Shown: in pieces, positions 17,122-29,964 of the stretch | Position numbering within the stretch: the first letter of the stretch is position 1 | How the letters are laid out: every line of letters starts with the position of its first letter | NCBI RefSeq assembly: GCF_000143415.4 | Contig: NW_003314316.1 | Span: 260,120 to 324,119, forward strand | DNA from: Selaginella moellendorffii | Taxonomy: Eukaryota; Plantae; Lycopodiophyta | Direction: 5' to 3' | DNA length: 64,000 bases | Made by a program: the position numbers and the translations under genes | Notes under the pieces: model-generated | What the model was told of the DNA's origin: nothing | What the model saw: only the letters and a program-made list of their open reading frames with translations | Database searches by the model: none

Positions 17122-18952
17122 ATGGAGAAATCTTTGCGGCGCAAGTTCTTGTGGATTGTCTCATTGTTTCTACTGATTTTACTTTGGATCGGCTACCCAA
17201 GTGATAGATGCGTGCTCAATTTCTCCACTGGGGCGGTCAACTTTAGCAAAACGCATCAAGAAAGAGTGAGATTTCAGGTGGATCTTTGGAGCGAGACCTT
17301 GCATGGAGTGATGAACAAGAGCACCAATCTAGATCTCGATTCACTCTCTTATGCTCCTCACATCCAAGATTGCAAAAGGTCTGGGCAATTGCATGCTAAG
17401 TTAGATGGTCGTGGAGAGAATGGGAAATGGCCCCCTTGGAGCCTGTCCCAGGGATCAAACCTTGATAGCAGCGAGGTGGAGATTATAATGGATCAAATGT
17501 TCTACATCAACAAAACAGTTCCCAGTCTCAATATTCCTTGGGTATATAAATCTATTGATTTGTTCTTAAAATGATATAACTTTGGAACTTTCTTTTTCCT
17601 AGATTCTTGGTGGTGATGAGGAGAATCTCCCATTGACAAGGCTTGTCCAGCATGATTTGTGGCTGAATCAACACCCCAAAGATTGCAGCAACGCAAGGTT
17701 TCTTATGGCGGACTGGTTTAGCGAGAAAGCACCCAACTCCATCGGCGTTGGCTCGGAGCTTGTGTACCTCTCGGCTATGTTCTCGATGGCTGTCATGCAA
17801 AAGAGGGTCTTGGTGACCAAGGCGTATCACGGTGCAAATCACTCGGGATGTTTGGGTATAATATCATTTCATCTTGAGGTTGAGAATCTTGTTTGTGATC
17901 TTATAGGATTCGATCATACAAGATGGTCTTGTTATTTCGTTCCTGAGGCTTCGAGTGAATGCATTGCCCGGGCTTTGGAGCTTTCTTCGCGAAAGGAATC
18001 TTGGGATCAAGGCCTTCTTATAGATTTTGATTATAATCATGGATGGTTTGTTCCAAGGTTCGTAGTATTTTAAAGTCGCTTCTACAATGTTTTCCTCTTT
18101 CCTGCTGTGAAGGTTGTGGGGCGAGCCTTGGAAAAGAATCCAACCATCTGTGGAACTCAATGGGATTCTCATGCAAGATGTTAATGGTAACAACGAAAGA
18201 AGGTGGTGGAGGGCTCAGGTTTACTAACAACTTAAAATTTCATTAATTTATACTAAAAGTATGTTTCAGGTGTTTCGATATCTCATGCGTTTCCCGAGCG
18301 AGTATCTTTGCAATCTACTAAACGTAGCCCGGAATGAGGCATTTGGAGAGGCAGCAGCAAGATTGATACTAAAGAATTATCCACAAGGCAATTGGAACTC
18401 TAACAATCATAGCTCTCATAGTGAGAGTCCCATGGAAGCAAATGTTTGGAGCAGCTATGGACCATGGATTCCACGGCCTTTAGTGAGCATTCACGTGAGG
18501 CAAGGAGATAAAAACATCGATATGGAAGTCCACCCCTTTAAAGACTACATGAAACTCGCCACCAGGCTGCGTAAGAAATTCCCACATATAACTGGTGTGT
18601 GGCTTTCAACAGAAATGCAGGTAAAAAGTCCCTATCGGATTTTTTTTTTTTCATTTTGTTTTTCTAGAGTGTAATTGACGAAAGCAGGGAGTATGAAGGA
18701 TGGAACTTTTTCTTCACAGATATAAAGAGACAAGTTGGAGGAATACGCATGGCCGAGTACATGGCTTCACTGGGAAAGAGGAAAAATTTTGAGAATAGTT
18801 ATGTCAATCTCTTGATGGCTGCTGACTGTGATTTCTTTGTGGGGGTTTTGGGGTCAACTTGGAGCTATGCCATTGACTGCTTGAGGATGACCAGCGGAAA
18901 AGTCAAGGCTGGCTTCCTCACGGTCAACCCCGTAAATATGTTTCTGCGCTAA
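17122..18952 (+). CDS. Alpha-1,6-fucosyltransferase-like glycosyltransferase (GT23/FUT8/NodZ-like plant family), copy 1
   Basis: Type II TM anchor; PLTRLVQHDLWLNQHPKDC; RPLVSIHVRQGDK (GDP-Fuc-binding HVRxGDK motif); WLSTEMQ; DCDFFVGVLGSTW. Confidence 0.8.
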
Positions 18953-19218
18953 TTCAAAGAAGAAAACCAAGAGAAAAAACAATCCCACTCACAAGAGCTT
19001 CTTCAATAGGGCTAGCCCAGGGATGATTACTGGGAAAGTTGTTCGCTTCCAATCCTGTGTGAGAGAGGCTGTCAGGAGAAAAGTTCGCCAGCTATGATCT
19101 TGCTACAGCAGCTATGATAGTTCGCCAGTTCTCGATTGCCATAGCAAGATCAATAACCAAAGCTCAAAAATATAAAGCATAAACTTAGTTATAGAATATT
19201 AACACTAGGAAAGCCATC

Positions 19219-19785
19219 CTGTTCCTGGATAGCTTCCATCCTGTGAACAGTCTCCTCAACATTCTTATTGATTTGTGACTGTTAGTGACTATACTGGCCC
19301 TGGTGTGTGGAGCAAAAGAAGACGTCTGGGTGCGTCTTGCGTGCCATTTCCATGGTGGATCGATGATTAAAACTCGCTTGAGGCCGCAAGCGCACTGTGC
19401 ATGTCTAGCTGCGATGACTGCATTGCCAAAAACGCAGAATCCCATGGGGCCTGCCGGGACTGCGTGGTGGCCTGAAGGTCGGATCAAAGCAAATCCAACT
19501 GGGGGCCTTGGACCACACACACTCATCTGGAAAAGAACGAAGAAAAAACATTCTCAGGAAGGAGTTATGCAAAAGAGCCTTTGGATTAGTAGGGAAGTCG
19601 ACCACCACTGCAAGCACGGATTCTTCGTATGTCTTTCAAGCATTGTTAAAAGCTTGTAGGAAGTATAAGGGAACTTGAAACTGTTTGCAAATACTGTGGA
19701 AGTCTACTAAGTGGGACCACTTCTTTCAATGAAGATGAGACTACGGCCTTTGCCATGGCCAATATGCACACAACACCACATCAAT
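19219..19785 (-). pseudogene. Inverted, frameshifted partial copy of the HDA14-like gene
   Basis: [28 protein letters not shown] matches ~40040-40635 including introns; DFDVHHGNG region broken by deletions. Confidence 0.85.
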
Positions 19786-19942
19786 ATATGTCAATTCTAA
19801 ACCATTCATTTATCTACAATATAAATATCTATAATAATAAGGAGTTGTTAAACTTTTTGGGCTGTCAAATTGACTGTAGGGTAATCTGGTAAATATCACT
19901 TTTTTACTGTAATGAGTGTGTGACACGGCCCAAGTTGGGGGA

Positions 19943-20169
19943 NNNNNNNNNNNNNNNNNNNNNNNNNNNNNNNNNNNNNNNNNNNNNNNNNNNNNNNNNN
20001 NNNNNNNNNNNNNNNNNNNNNNNNNNNNNNNNNNNNNNNNNNNNNNNNNNNNNNNNNNNNNNNNNNNNNNNNNNNNNNNNNNNNNNNNNNNNNNNNNNNN
20101 NNNNNNNNNNNNNNNNNNNNNNNNNNNNNNNNNNNNNNNNNNNNNNNNNNNNNNNNNNNNNNNNNNNNN
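19943..20169. other. Assembly gap (N run)
   Basis: Run of n characters. Confidence 1.
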
Positions 20170-22809
20170 CTGAGATCCCTAGACCTCGTCGAGGACGGGC
20201 TCCTCCTTCTCTGCTCTTCCAGCCAGGGAAGTTTTCTTTACCACAAATCCTCCTTAACACCAAAGTTTCACTCACTCCATGTTTCTCTTTTTTACTACTG
20301 CTCCTTAGCCTTGAAGTAAGAAGAGGCAGCATGCCAAAGATGGAGGCCCAAAAGTTTGTGCCGCTGCTCATATCAAAAGCCAATTGGGAAGCTTGAGTGT
20401 CAGTGAGGTAGCAAGCTGGATACTTGTTTGTATCCCCCACCCCCCCCTTGGGGAATAAACACTTTAGGCTTTTACCCCTTGATTTGTATTAGTATTTGAA
20501 TTTAGACTTGGTTTCAGTCTTAGCTTTGGTTCTCAATCTCGAACCCAATTTTAGTCTCCATCTCGTACTCCATCCTGGACTCTTTCTTGAACTCCATCTA
20601 AAACTCAGTTTTGGGTATATAGAGCTTGGCTCATATATATATTGTGTCTAGGGTCTTATCCATCCCATTTTTCGCAAAAGTTATTGCTTAGGCCAGATTA
20701 GCAATGGAGCACCATGGCTGGTGCTTATAGAACTAAAGAGCTTGCTTGGATCTCTTATACACTGCATAGGAATTTTCTGTTCATCTTTGTAGCACGCCCC
20801 AGCTAGGAATAGGTAAGATCTTTATGTTCTTATAGAGGAAATTTAATTTTTAGGTTCTACACTAGGTTTTAACATGTGAGAAGCTGGCTCTCGCAGTGAT
20901 AGCCATACTGCCATGGTAGAGTAACTACAATTGAAGGCATTTGTTTTACAGGTAATGGATGACTTTCAACTCTTGATTTTGTGCATATGCCTTTTGGTTG
21001 GTTGTGAGATTGATGTTGTCTAGCTATAGTCACTAGAGTAGATGACTACAATTCTCTTATATAAAACACTAATGGTTAAAAAGAAGCCACTTAGGGACAT
21101 TGAGGATTGCCTTTGCTAGTAACTAAATTTGGGTGTTTTATATGTTTCTTCAACTATGTGTCCTTTATATGATGCCAATAGCAACACATTCTAAGCATGG
21201 TGAGGTGCTAGGCTTCTTTTGAAAGATTTTCCCCATAAAACTCTTGGTTAATGTATTTGTCTTTTGGCTCAAATTTGAAGTTTTTCAAGGACTTCACTTT
21301 GCCAACCCACCAACATTTTCTAATCTATAATAATGAGGAATTGCCAAACTTTTATGCCCTCAGATCCAACCAATGGCAGTTACCCTTCCAACTGTCGGAT
21401 GGAAAGGTAATAGTCAAAAGGTTATTTCTTTAACCATGTCTTTCCTAAAATATTTTGATAAAGTTTTGTCCGGGCAATTAGCTATCTGACACAACTTGCA
21501 TGCCCTTTGGGTATTGTGAGAGAAAAGGTAAATTTGACTGTGCATGCATATCAAATTGGGAAATTGGTGCTTGCTCCCTCAATTTCAATTGCATAGAGCT
21601 CTTGATTTAGGTATTGCTCCATAGATTTTTTAATGAACTCATTTGAATTTAGGTATATAGATATGTTGGCTCTGTGAAGAGAGTGCTTAACAAAACTGGT
21701 GATCACATGCATATGTTAATCTCCATAAGAACTTAAAATCAATGTTAGAACTACTAGGTATTGCTTGGTAGTGGGACAGTAAATAAAATTGGTAACTCCA
21801 GCCAAAATAATATCCAGTCTTAAGTGAGCTGGGGTGTGTTGCTATTGCACTTGCTTTTCCCAATTGCCTCACATTTAGCTAAATCCATGAATAACAACAC
21901 CATATTTTCTCAAGAGGACCTGCTATGACACAATTTTGTATCACTTCAGTGAGGGAGAAAGATTCCCAAGTCTAAACAATATGTGTGTACTTCTTCTGGG
22001 CTAAACTCTTTTACTTCTCCAACTTGAACTCAATGTTCAATTTGCAATTATGCAAGTATGCAATTTGAAAGTATGCCTTGGCTTTGCAAAGTATTGAGAG
22101 GCATATATCACCAGGTCACTAGTTGCTTCTAACTATTGACACTAGCATATGTATTTATACTTATAATAACCTTGAATGTGCTAATGAAGAAACTAATTTA
22201 GACCTTGAACATGCAAAAATTACTTCAAACCTTGAGGATACTAATACAAATATAGAATATGCTAATGAAGCGCATACAAATATAGACCTTGAAAATGCAT
22301 GAAACAAATAAAATTGCATATATAATACATTTATTTAATATTGAAAATATGTCATTTATAATGATGTATTGTGGTTTATTACATTTTGAAAATGAATCAA
22401 ACTCAATGTGAAAAAGGTTTGCCTTCCCTAACTTTCACCTTTAGCTCATATGATTTCTAATGAAAATTATAGACTCGAACTTTAAAATTAACATAAGAAA
22501 TTTTAATAGCGCTTTGACTTTAATAGGTGTTAATGTTGATAATTTAAATAATAAAGGCTCATATTGCTTTAAAATACATAGTCAATCCATTTCACAAAAA
22601 TTGTGGTCCTAATTTATCATATAATTAGATCACTTAAACCTCTAGAAAATGACATGAAATTTGCCAGCCACCCAGCATTAGCAGGGCAATTTTTAGCATT
22701 TGATGAAGGAGGATTATCAAAACTTACTTAAGCTCTCCACCATCTTTGGTGATTTGCATGATAATATGTCATGAACTTGCCCTTTACCCCCATAGTTGGT
22801 CACATTGCG

Positions 22810-23806
22810 TCCCAAGAACGCCAGAGAAATGAGATCATTCGCCAGCCATGCTACATTTGCAATCCCCTACTCAGTATCAGCAATCCGACAATTTGCTGCT
22901 GCCATAGTCTGCCTCACACACAACGAAATTTAGCACAGATCGGGTGGTGCCAAGACGAAACCAACACGCAGGAATGCCAGCAATCTCCCTCAGCTCCACC
23001 GTGCACAGCGCTCCAATGCTACAGTGCCGATGGAGCGATCGCTGGCCAATTGGAAGGAAAGAATTGGGAAACCCAGGCCTTGATGCTCCAACAGAAGAGA
23101 AGCAACGAAGAATACCTGGTGGTTTGTGATCGTATGAACGAGCATACTAGCATTGCAACATCGTGGCCGTATCTGTGACTCGGGCAATGAAGGAGCATTT
23201 ATGTGGTAGAGCTGCCGTCAGCGGCAATCAGTCCAAGAATCGCTTTGGATTAAATTTCTTGTTTACACTCCCAATCCCATGGAGAAATCTTTGTGGCGCA
23301 AGCTCTTGTGGATTGTCTCATTGTTTCTACTGAATTTTATTTGACTACCCAATTGATATATGTGTCTCCACTTGTTTTTGCCTAGGCAATCAGAGGTATT
23401 CTCAAAGGCTGTAATCAAGGTGGCTGCAAGCTTTGTGGAGGAAGGCTATGGAGATAGTTACTGATCACCGTTGTTTTCTCTTTTTTTGTTTCTAAAAGGT
23501 AAATTGAAGGTGGTGGAAAATGCGGACTTGTATCCAGCTGTATGAGATGAGTGGCTGTGCCGTTGGCAGCTTGAACAAGGACGCATTGACCGACGGCAGT
23601 AAAATTGTGTCAGGAGATGTTCTCATTGGTTTGCCATCGACAGGGCTTCACTCCAATGGCTTCTCTAAGGCTCGTAGGTTTGCACTCGACAGAAGAGTGG
23701 GACTTTTGATGGATCTTTAGAGCGAGACCTTGCATGGAGTGATGAACAAGAGCATAGATAAAAGATTTTGCAAAAGGTCCGGGCAATTGCATGCCAAGTT
23801 GGATGG
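22810..23806 (+). pseudogene. Mosaic pseudogene: copy of the NDR2/FUT1 intergenic region and FUT 5' end, with an inserted PurM fragment
   Basis: 22810-~23370 resembles 16462-~17230; ~23375-23689 resembles 31895-32218; ~23690-23806 resembles ~17258-17410; multiple indels and stops. Confidence 0.85.
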
Positions 23807-24889
23807 CCCACTATTTGGTTCTACTGCCATTGCTTAGTTGTGCTGGTGCTTGGTGGCTCTGTTATTGCTGTAGGATACCGAACTTGATACAGTGAATCCA
23901 TTGATGTGTGTGTTAAATGTAAATTGGTGTATTTATCTATGTTGTATATGGTATATAATTTGAACATGCTTTAAAAGTTGGCCACTTGGTGATATGAATA
24001 TTTAGGATGAAAGTATATTGACCATTTAAGATGCTGAAAGATTTAATGAAATATTTAGAGACATGTAAACACTATATACTTAAATCAAATCACAAAAATT
24101 ATAGGACTATTCATGGAAAAATATATTTTGAGTTTTATGATTAACTATGTTTATTTTTTGAAAAAATCCAAAACATTCTACATATTTGATGAAGAAACAA
24201 AGTAATGTTTTCATTTAAAACCATATAAGACACTATAAATACACTATTAACTATTAAAAAAACATTAGAAAACTTTTTAAAACTTTATACAACAAAATAA
24301 TATTCCAAACTAGTTTGTCATGTAGTTAAATTTCTCCAGACTGCCAGATACAAGCCCTAACCCTAAGCTGGCAATGCCATTTATGAGCGCGATCGCCGCC
24401 GTCGGTTTGTCCACCGCTAGATATACACACGCAAGCCCCACTTTCCCACATCTGTATACATAACTTGTGATGTGTGTGCCAACCATTGCTGCCTTGCTAA
24501 ACCATGGTTGCCATTGCCATCCTTGCTGTGGTTGCTACTCCCCACCCTCCTGTGCCTTGCTGTGGTAGCTGTGGCCTCTCCTGTGCCATGGTCCTTGCTG
24601 ATGCTGATCCAATTATGCCATGGCTCAAAACATGGCAAATTGCTTGGGTTCAGGACCAAAAGTGGTAAGTAGCTCTAAAAAAAACTGGTAGAGATTCTTT
24701 TGGACCTAACTACATGCGAAGATGATGATTTAGTAGATACCAAACATGTTCACCATTAAATTCCTCACGTTCTATGACCACATGGAACGTAATTAAAGTA
24801 GCCTGTAAAATACCAAAATCATTTACTTAGAAATGTAAAAAAGACGAGGCCGTCCGATCTATATTAATCACTTAGGTGAAGTTCATCCC

Positions 24890-26733
24890 ATGGAGAAATC
24901 TTTGTGGTGCAAGTTCTTGTGGACTACCGCACTGTTTCTACTGATTTTTCTTTGGATCGGCTACCCAAGTGATAGATGCGTGCTCAATTTCGCGGTCAAC
25001 TTTAGCAAAACGCATCAAGAAAGAGTGAGAGATGTGGTGGATCTTTGGAGCGAGACCCTGTATGGAGTGATGAACAAGAGCGTCAATCTAGATCTCGATT
25101 CACTCTCTTATGCTCCTCACATCCAAGATTGCAAAAGGTCTGGTGAATTGCATGCTAAGTTGGATGGTCGTGGAGAGAATGGCAAATGGCCCCCTTGGAG
25201 CTTGTCGCAGGGATCAAGTGTTGATAGTGGAGGGGTGGAGATTATAATGGATCAAATGTTCTACATCAACAAAACAGTTCCCAGTCTCAACATTCCTTGG
25301 GTATATAAATCTATTGATTGTTCTAACTTTAAAACTTTCTTGTTCCTAGATTCTTGGTGGTGATGACGAGAATCTCCCCTTGACAAGGCTTGTCCAGCAT
25401 GATTTGTGGCTGAATCAACACCCCAAAGATTGCAGCAATGCAAGGTTTCTCATGGCAGACTGGTTTAGCCAGCAAACACCCACCTCCATCGGCGTTGGCT
25501 CGGAGCTTGTATATCTCTCGGCTATGTTCTCGATGGCTGTCATGCAAAAGAGGGTGTTGGTGACCAAGGCATATCACGGGGCAAATCACTCGGGATGTTT
25601 GGGTAATAATACTTTTTCTCTCTTGAGGTTTAGAATCTTTTTAAATTCTTATCATATAGGATTGGATCGTGCGAGATGGTCTTGCTATTTCCTTCCTGAG
25701 GCTTCGAGTGAATGTATTGCCCGGGCTTTGGAGCTTTCCTCGCAAAAGGAACCTTGGGATCAAGGCCTTCTTGTAAATTTTGATTATAATCACGGGTGGA
25801 CTGTCCCAAGGTTCGTAGCAGAGTTGATATAATCGAAATCACAGCGTCTTCCTCTTTCCTGCTGTGAAGGTTGTGGGGTGAGCCTTGGAAAAGAATCGAA
25901 CCATCAGTGGAACTCGATGGGGTTCTTATGGCAGATGTCAATGGTAACAACGAAAGAAGGTGGTGGAGAGCTCAGGTTTATTAGATTTAATTAACTCCTC
26001 ATTAGTTTATACTAATAAGTGTGTTTCAGGTGTTCCGATATCTCATGCGTTTCCCGAGCGAGTATCTTTGCAATCTACTAAACGTAGCCCGGAATGAGGC
26101 ATTTGGAGAGGCAGCAGCAAGATTGATACTAAAGAATTACCCACAAGGCAATTGGAACTCTAACAATCATAGCTCTCATAGTGAGAGTCCCATGGAAGCA
26201 AATGTTTGGAGCAGCTATGGACCATGGATTCCACGGCCTTTAGTGAGCATTCACGTGAGACAAGGAGATAAAAACATCGATATGGAAGTCCATCCCTTTA
26301 AAGACTACATGAAGCTCGCCATGAGGCTGCGCAAGAAATTCCCACACATAAATTGTGTGTGGCTTTCAACAGAAATGCAGGTAACAAATGGTTTATTTCT
26401 TTCTCAGATACTTATTTATATTGTTTTTCTTTCTCATTTATATTTTGCTAGAATGTAATTGATGAAAGCAAGGAGTATGAAGGATGGAATTTTTTCTTCA
26501 CCGATATAAAGAGACAGGTTGGAGCAACAAGCATGGCCGAGTACATGGCTTCACTGGGAAAGAGGAAAAATTTTGAGAATAGTTATGTCAATCTCTTGAT
26601 GGCTGCTGACTGTGATTTCTTTGTGGGGGTTTTGGGGTCAACTTGGAGCTATGCCATTGACTGCTTGAGGATGACCAGCGGAAAAGTCAAGGCTGGCTTC
26701 CTCACAGTCAACCCCGTGAATTACTTACTGTGA
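24890..26733 (+). CDS. Alpha-1,6-fucosyltransferase-like glycosyltransferase, copy 2
   Basis: Near-identical to copy 1 in exons and exon structure (SIHVRQGDK, DCDFFVGVLGSTW); shares the 3' flank. Confidence 0.8.
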
Positions 26734-26927
26734 TAACTTTATTTGTCACTTGAAAGAAGAAAAACCAGGAGAAAAATCAGCCCCGCTCACAAGAGCTTCT
26801 TCAATAGCGCTGGGAGCCAAGGCATGATCAGTGGAAAAGTTCTGGTCGATTTCTTCGCTTCCAATCCTGTGTGATGCACAGAGAGAGAGAGCTTCTCAGC
26901 ATAAAAATTCGAAGTTTTTCTAAGTTC

Positions 26928-29383
26928 TTACCTCTGATCAGTGTCCATTGATAGATTCACCATTGTTGAACTTGAATCTGGAAGATCTGGAGGCTGCAGC
27001 GAGTCTCGCCTTTGTTGTGGGTGCAGAGGAGATGCAGCTATGCCCCTTTCATTCAGCAAGCTTCTGAAGAATTCAAGCCTGGGAGCAGCATTTTCAGGAC
27101 CCAAACTTGTGACTTTGGATGGGCTCCAAAGCCTCTCTAAACCAAAAAAACAAAAAAACAAAAAGCATAATAATCAGACAAGAACAAGATAGAAAACATG
27201 TAGAGAAAGCTTGCCTGCAGCTGCTGCTGCTCTTGGCCATATTTTTTGCTGGATATTGCTTGCATCAACTTGTTCACCCCACATACAAACTTCGCCTCCA
27301 ATAATAAGCTCCTGTTCAATTTCGCTGGTGACGTTGTCGAATGGCTCCTTGGAGTAAAACTTCTCCCATGGTATCTCAATATGATCCAAATACCACGAAG
27401 ATTGCTCGCTGACTATGCACTTGAGGCCCGACTCGACAACATCGGGAGCGATTTGAGGTCCCCACCTGATTATAGGATGTTCTTCAAAGGTGAGAGGAAA
27501 TGTGTCAAAGAAGTATTTACCAGTTGTGGACAATTGTCTTCCTTGACAAACTTTGTCCAAATTTTTCAAATGGTTCTTGCCTGTAAAAGGACCACGAGAT
27601 AATGCGATCGAAGATCAAAAGCATGTTACCAGTTGACGGGAACATAACCATGTTTCATGGCCAGCTTTTGGACTTGGAGTACAAAAAACTCGTACGCTTC
27701 TGCTGCTGTAAAATTATGCTCTACAAGCCTGATTTTCAAAGAGTTGATAAACTATAAACTTCAAGTAGCATACCAGTTATTTGTGGGCCTCGCAATTTGC
27801 CAGCAGCCTGTTTAACACCATATAAGAAAAAAACTAAAAACTTGAGGATGGTTTTTGCTTACTTGTGTCGACTTCGTCTCCGCCGATATGCAAAAGCTCG
27901 AATGGAAAAACCTTTGAAAGATCTATATAATCTCGAGTTTACAAGGATTGCAATCCATAATCAAAGAAGATCATACCAGAAAATATGCCATCTATCACCT
28001 CAAAGGTGAACTCTTTGCTGATATCCAATGGTGTTGTGCAGCTTTCAGAAGGCCATAGCTCAGGATATCCAACTCCCCTACGCTAGAAAAATCATAAAAA
28101 CGAATGATAACTTTAATCTGGAGAGAGAACAAGCTTACCATGAGCGAGCGTGTCCAGGAACATCAATCTCTGGCATGACATGCACACCTCTCAATCGAGC
28201 ATACCTGTCAAATGCACAGATTGATCGTTTTCTTTTTGAAAGTATGGCTTACTCGACTATTGCTTTTGCATCATCGAGGTTGTAGCGCTGAGTGATTGAG
28301 AAGGAGCCTTTCCAAAGCTCTGGAAAAGATGGAATCTCCAAAGGGAAGGATTCCTCGTCGACAACATGCCAGTGCAAAACATTCTGGAAAGGAAGAAAAG
28401 AAGAGCTCAGATTTGATCGATAGAACTCAAACTCACGAGCTTCGCATAGGCCATGGAGTCGATCACATTCTCGATCGTCTTTAGTGGTAAGTAGTGTCGA
28501 GCAGTATCTGGTAAGAGAAAAAGAATGAATTTACGTCAAGAACAACAAGACAACCACAGAAAAACTGAAACTTTACCAATCAGAAGCCCTCTATAAAAAA
28601 ATCTGGGCTCATCGAGAATGTCCCACGGACAGTCCTGTACAAGAATCTCTCTCGCGAGAACATCGTAGCTGCAAATCTGGCTAAAGGTCTAGAAAAAAAA
28701 GGAGACAAATGAATAGAGCCATCCCACACACATTTTTTTTGGTCTTACCTCGAGTCCTCGAAGAGCTCCATAAACAGTTCTTGCCTTGAATGAATGGAAC
28801 GCAAGAAAATCAGGCGATAAGCCTCACGATCTTTCCTTACCTGGAGCAATGCCGCCTTGGAATTGAGAGGATCAGGGATTTGGAGGCGGTAGGATTCATC
28901 CACGCCAAGATGGAGCTGCCGAAAAACTCATTACAAACACCCTAGGCAAATAGTAAAGTCACTCACGCTTTGGTTGAACGACTTAAGATCGATGCAAAGT
29001 TCGTCAAGAACAAACTTCTCTGGATCAATCTTTGCTGGAGTTTTCAGCTTTCGCTGCCTGAGAATCAGTGAGGTATAGCGATCAATTCCTGCTTGCAAGA
29101 CTTCCAGATTTTCCCCAGCCGCTGATGAAAAACTTATAGAAAATTGCCTGGACAGTGTCATCAAAATAGAGCCTTGGGAGAGATTTCTTGGAGCTGGCCA
29201 GATGAGAACGCTAGTGTTGCTGCTGCGATCATCCCAATTTGTCAAAGTGATTGAAGAGGCAACATGCCAGAAAGAAGACTTGCTCCTTTTGCTCCAGTAA
29301 GTGTTGGTGACAATGGATGAGAGTATGAGAGCTAAAATTCCTATCACAAAAATCTTCCTCAATCTTTTGCTGCTCCACAACAT
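26928..29383 (-). CDS. Beta-N-acetylhexosaminidase (GH20), copy 1
   Basis: N-terminal TM anchor; IWPAPRN; RGLLIDTARHY; HWHVVDEESFP; PEIDVPGHARSW; catalytic LHIGGDEV; GGEVCMWGE; WPRAAAAAERLWS. Confidence 0.93.
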
Positions 29384-29964
29384 TGTCGCGTTTTTGTGGT
29401 ACTTGTGTTCCTGCCAAACTTAAAGGTTGAGTGCTCGTTTGGAAAAGTCCATCAAGAAGATTCCTTTTTAGTGATATGCTTCGTTGACAATGTTACATTG
29501 AGATTATTAAATTGAAGGCTGGCTATTGCTGACACTTTGGCAAACATTTATATACATAATAATCAGTTTATTAAAAAAACTTGTGTTTGTAACAGTTTAG
29601 TCTTAATCTTAATTCAAACAACAGCAATCTTCCTTTGATCAAAATCGCAGTTGAAGAATCCATCTTTCTTGAGAACGCAGTGCCTGGGCTCATAGATCTC
29701 TCCAAGAGCTCTTCACTGATGCCACGCATTGCGCAAAAGGCTGCCAAATCGGCAACATGCAAACGTGAATAAATTCTTTCGTCACCAAGTGGTAGAAATA
29801 AACCTCGCTGGAGCTGCGAGTGCTTCCGTGAGATCGAGAAGAGCACTGGATCTCTCTCATGAGACGAAAATTCGGCTTCTTGTGATTTCTTGTTTCGCGG
29901 TATATAGTTCAAGGGTTCCATTTCAAGAGCTAGATCAAAAATTGAGAGAAGAGAGTATCCAGCG

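Noticed and set aside
20700-22700. Possible decayed DNA-transposon or Helitron coding remnant
   Set aside because: No diagnostic transposase or helicase motif or termini could be identified by eye
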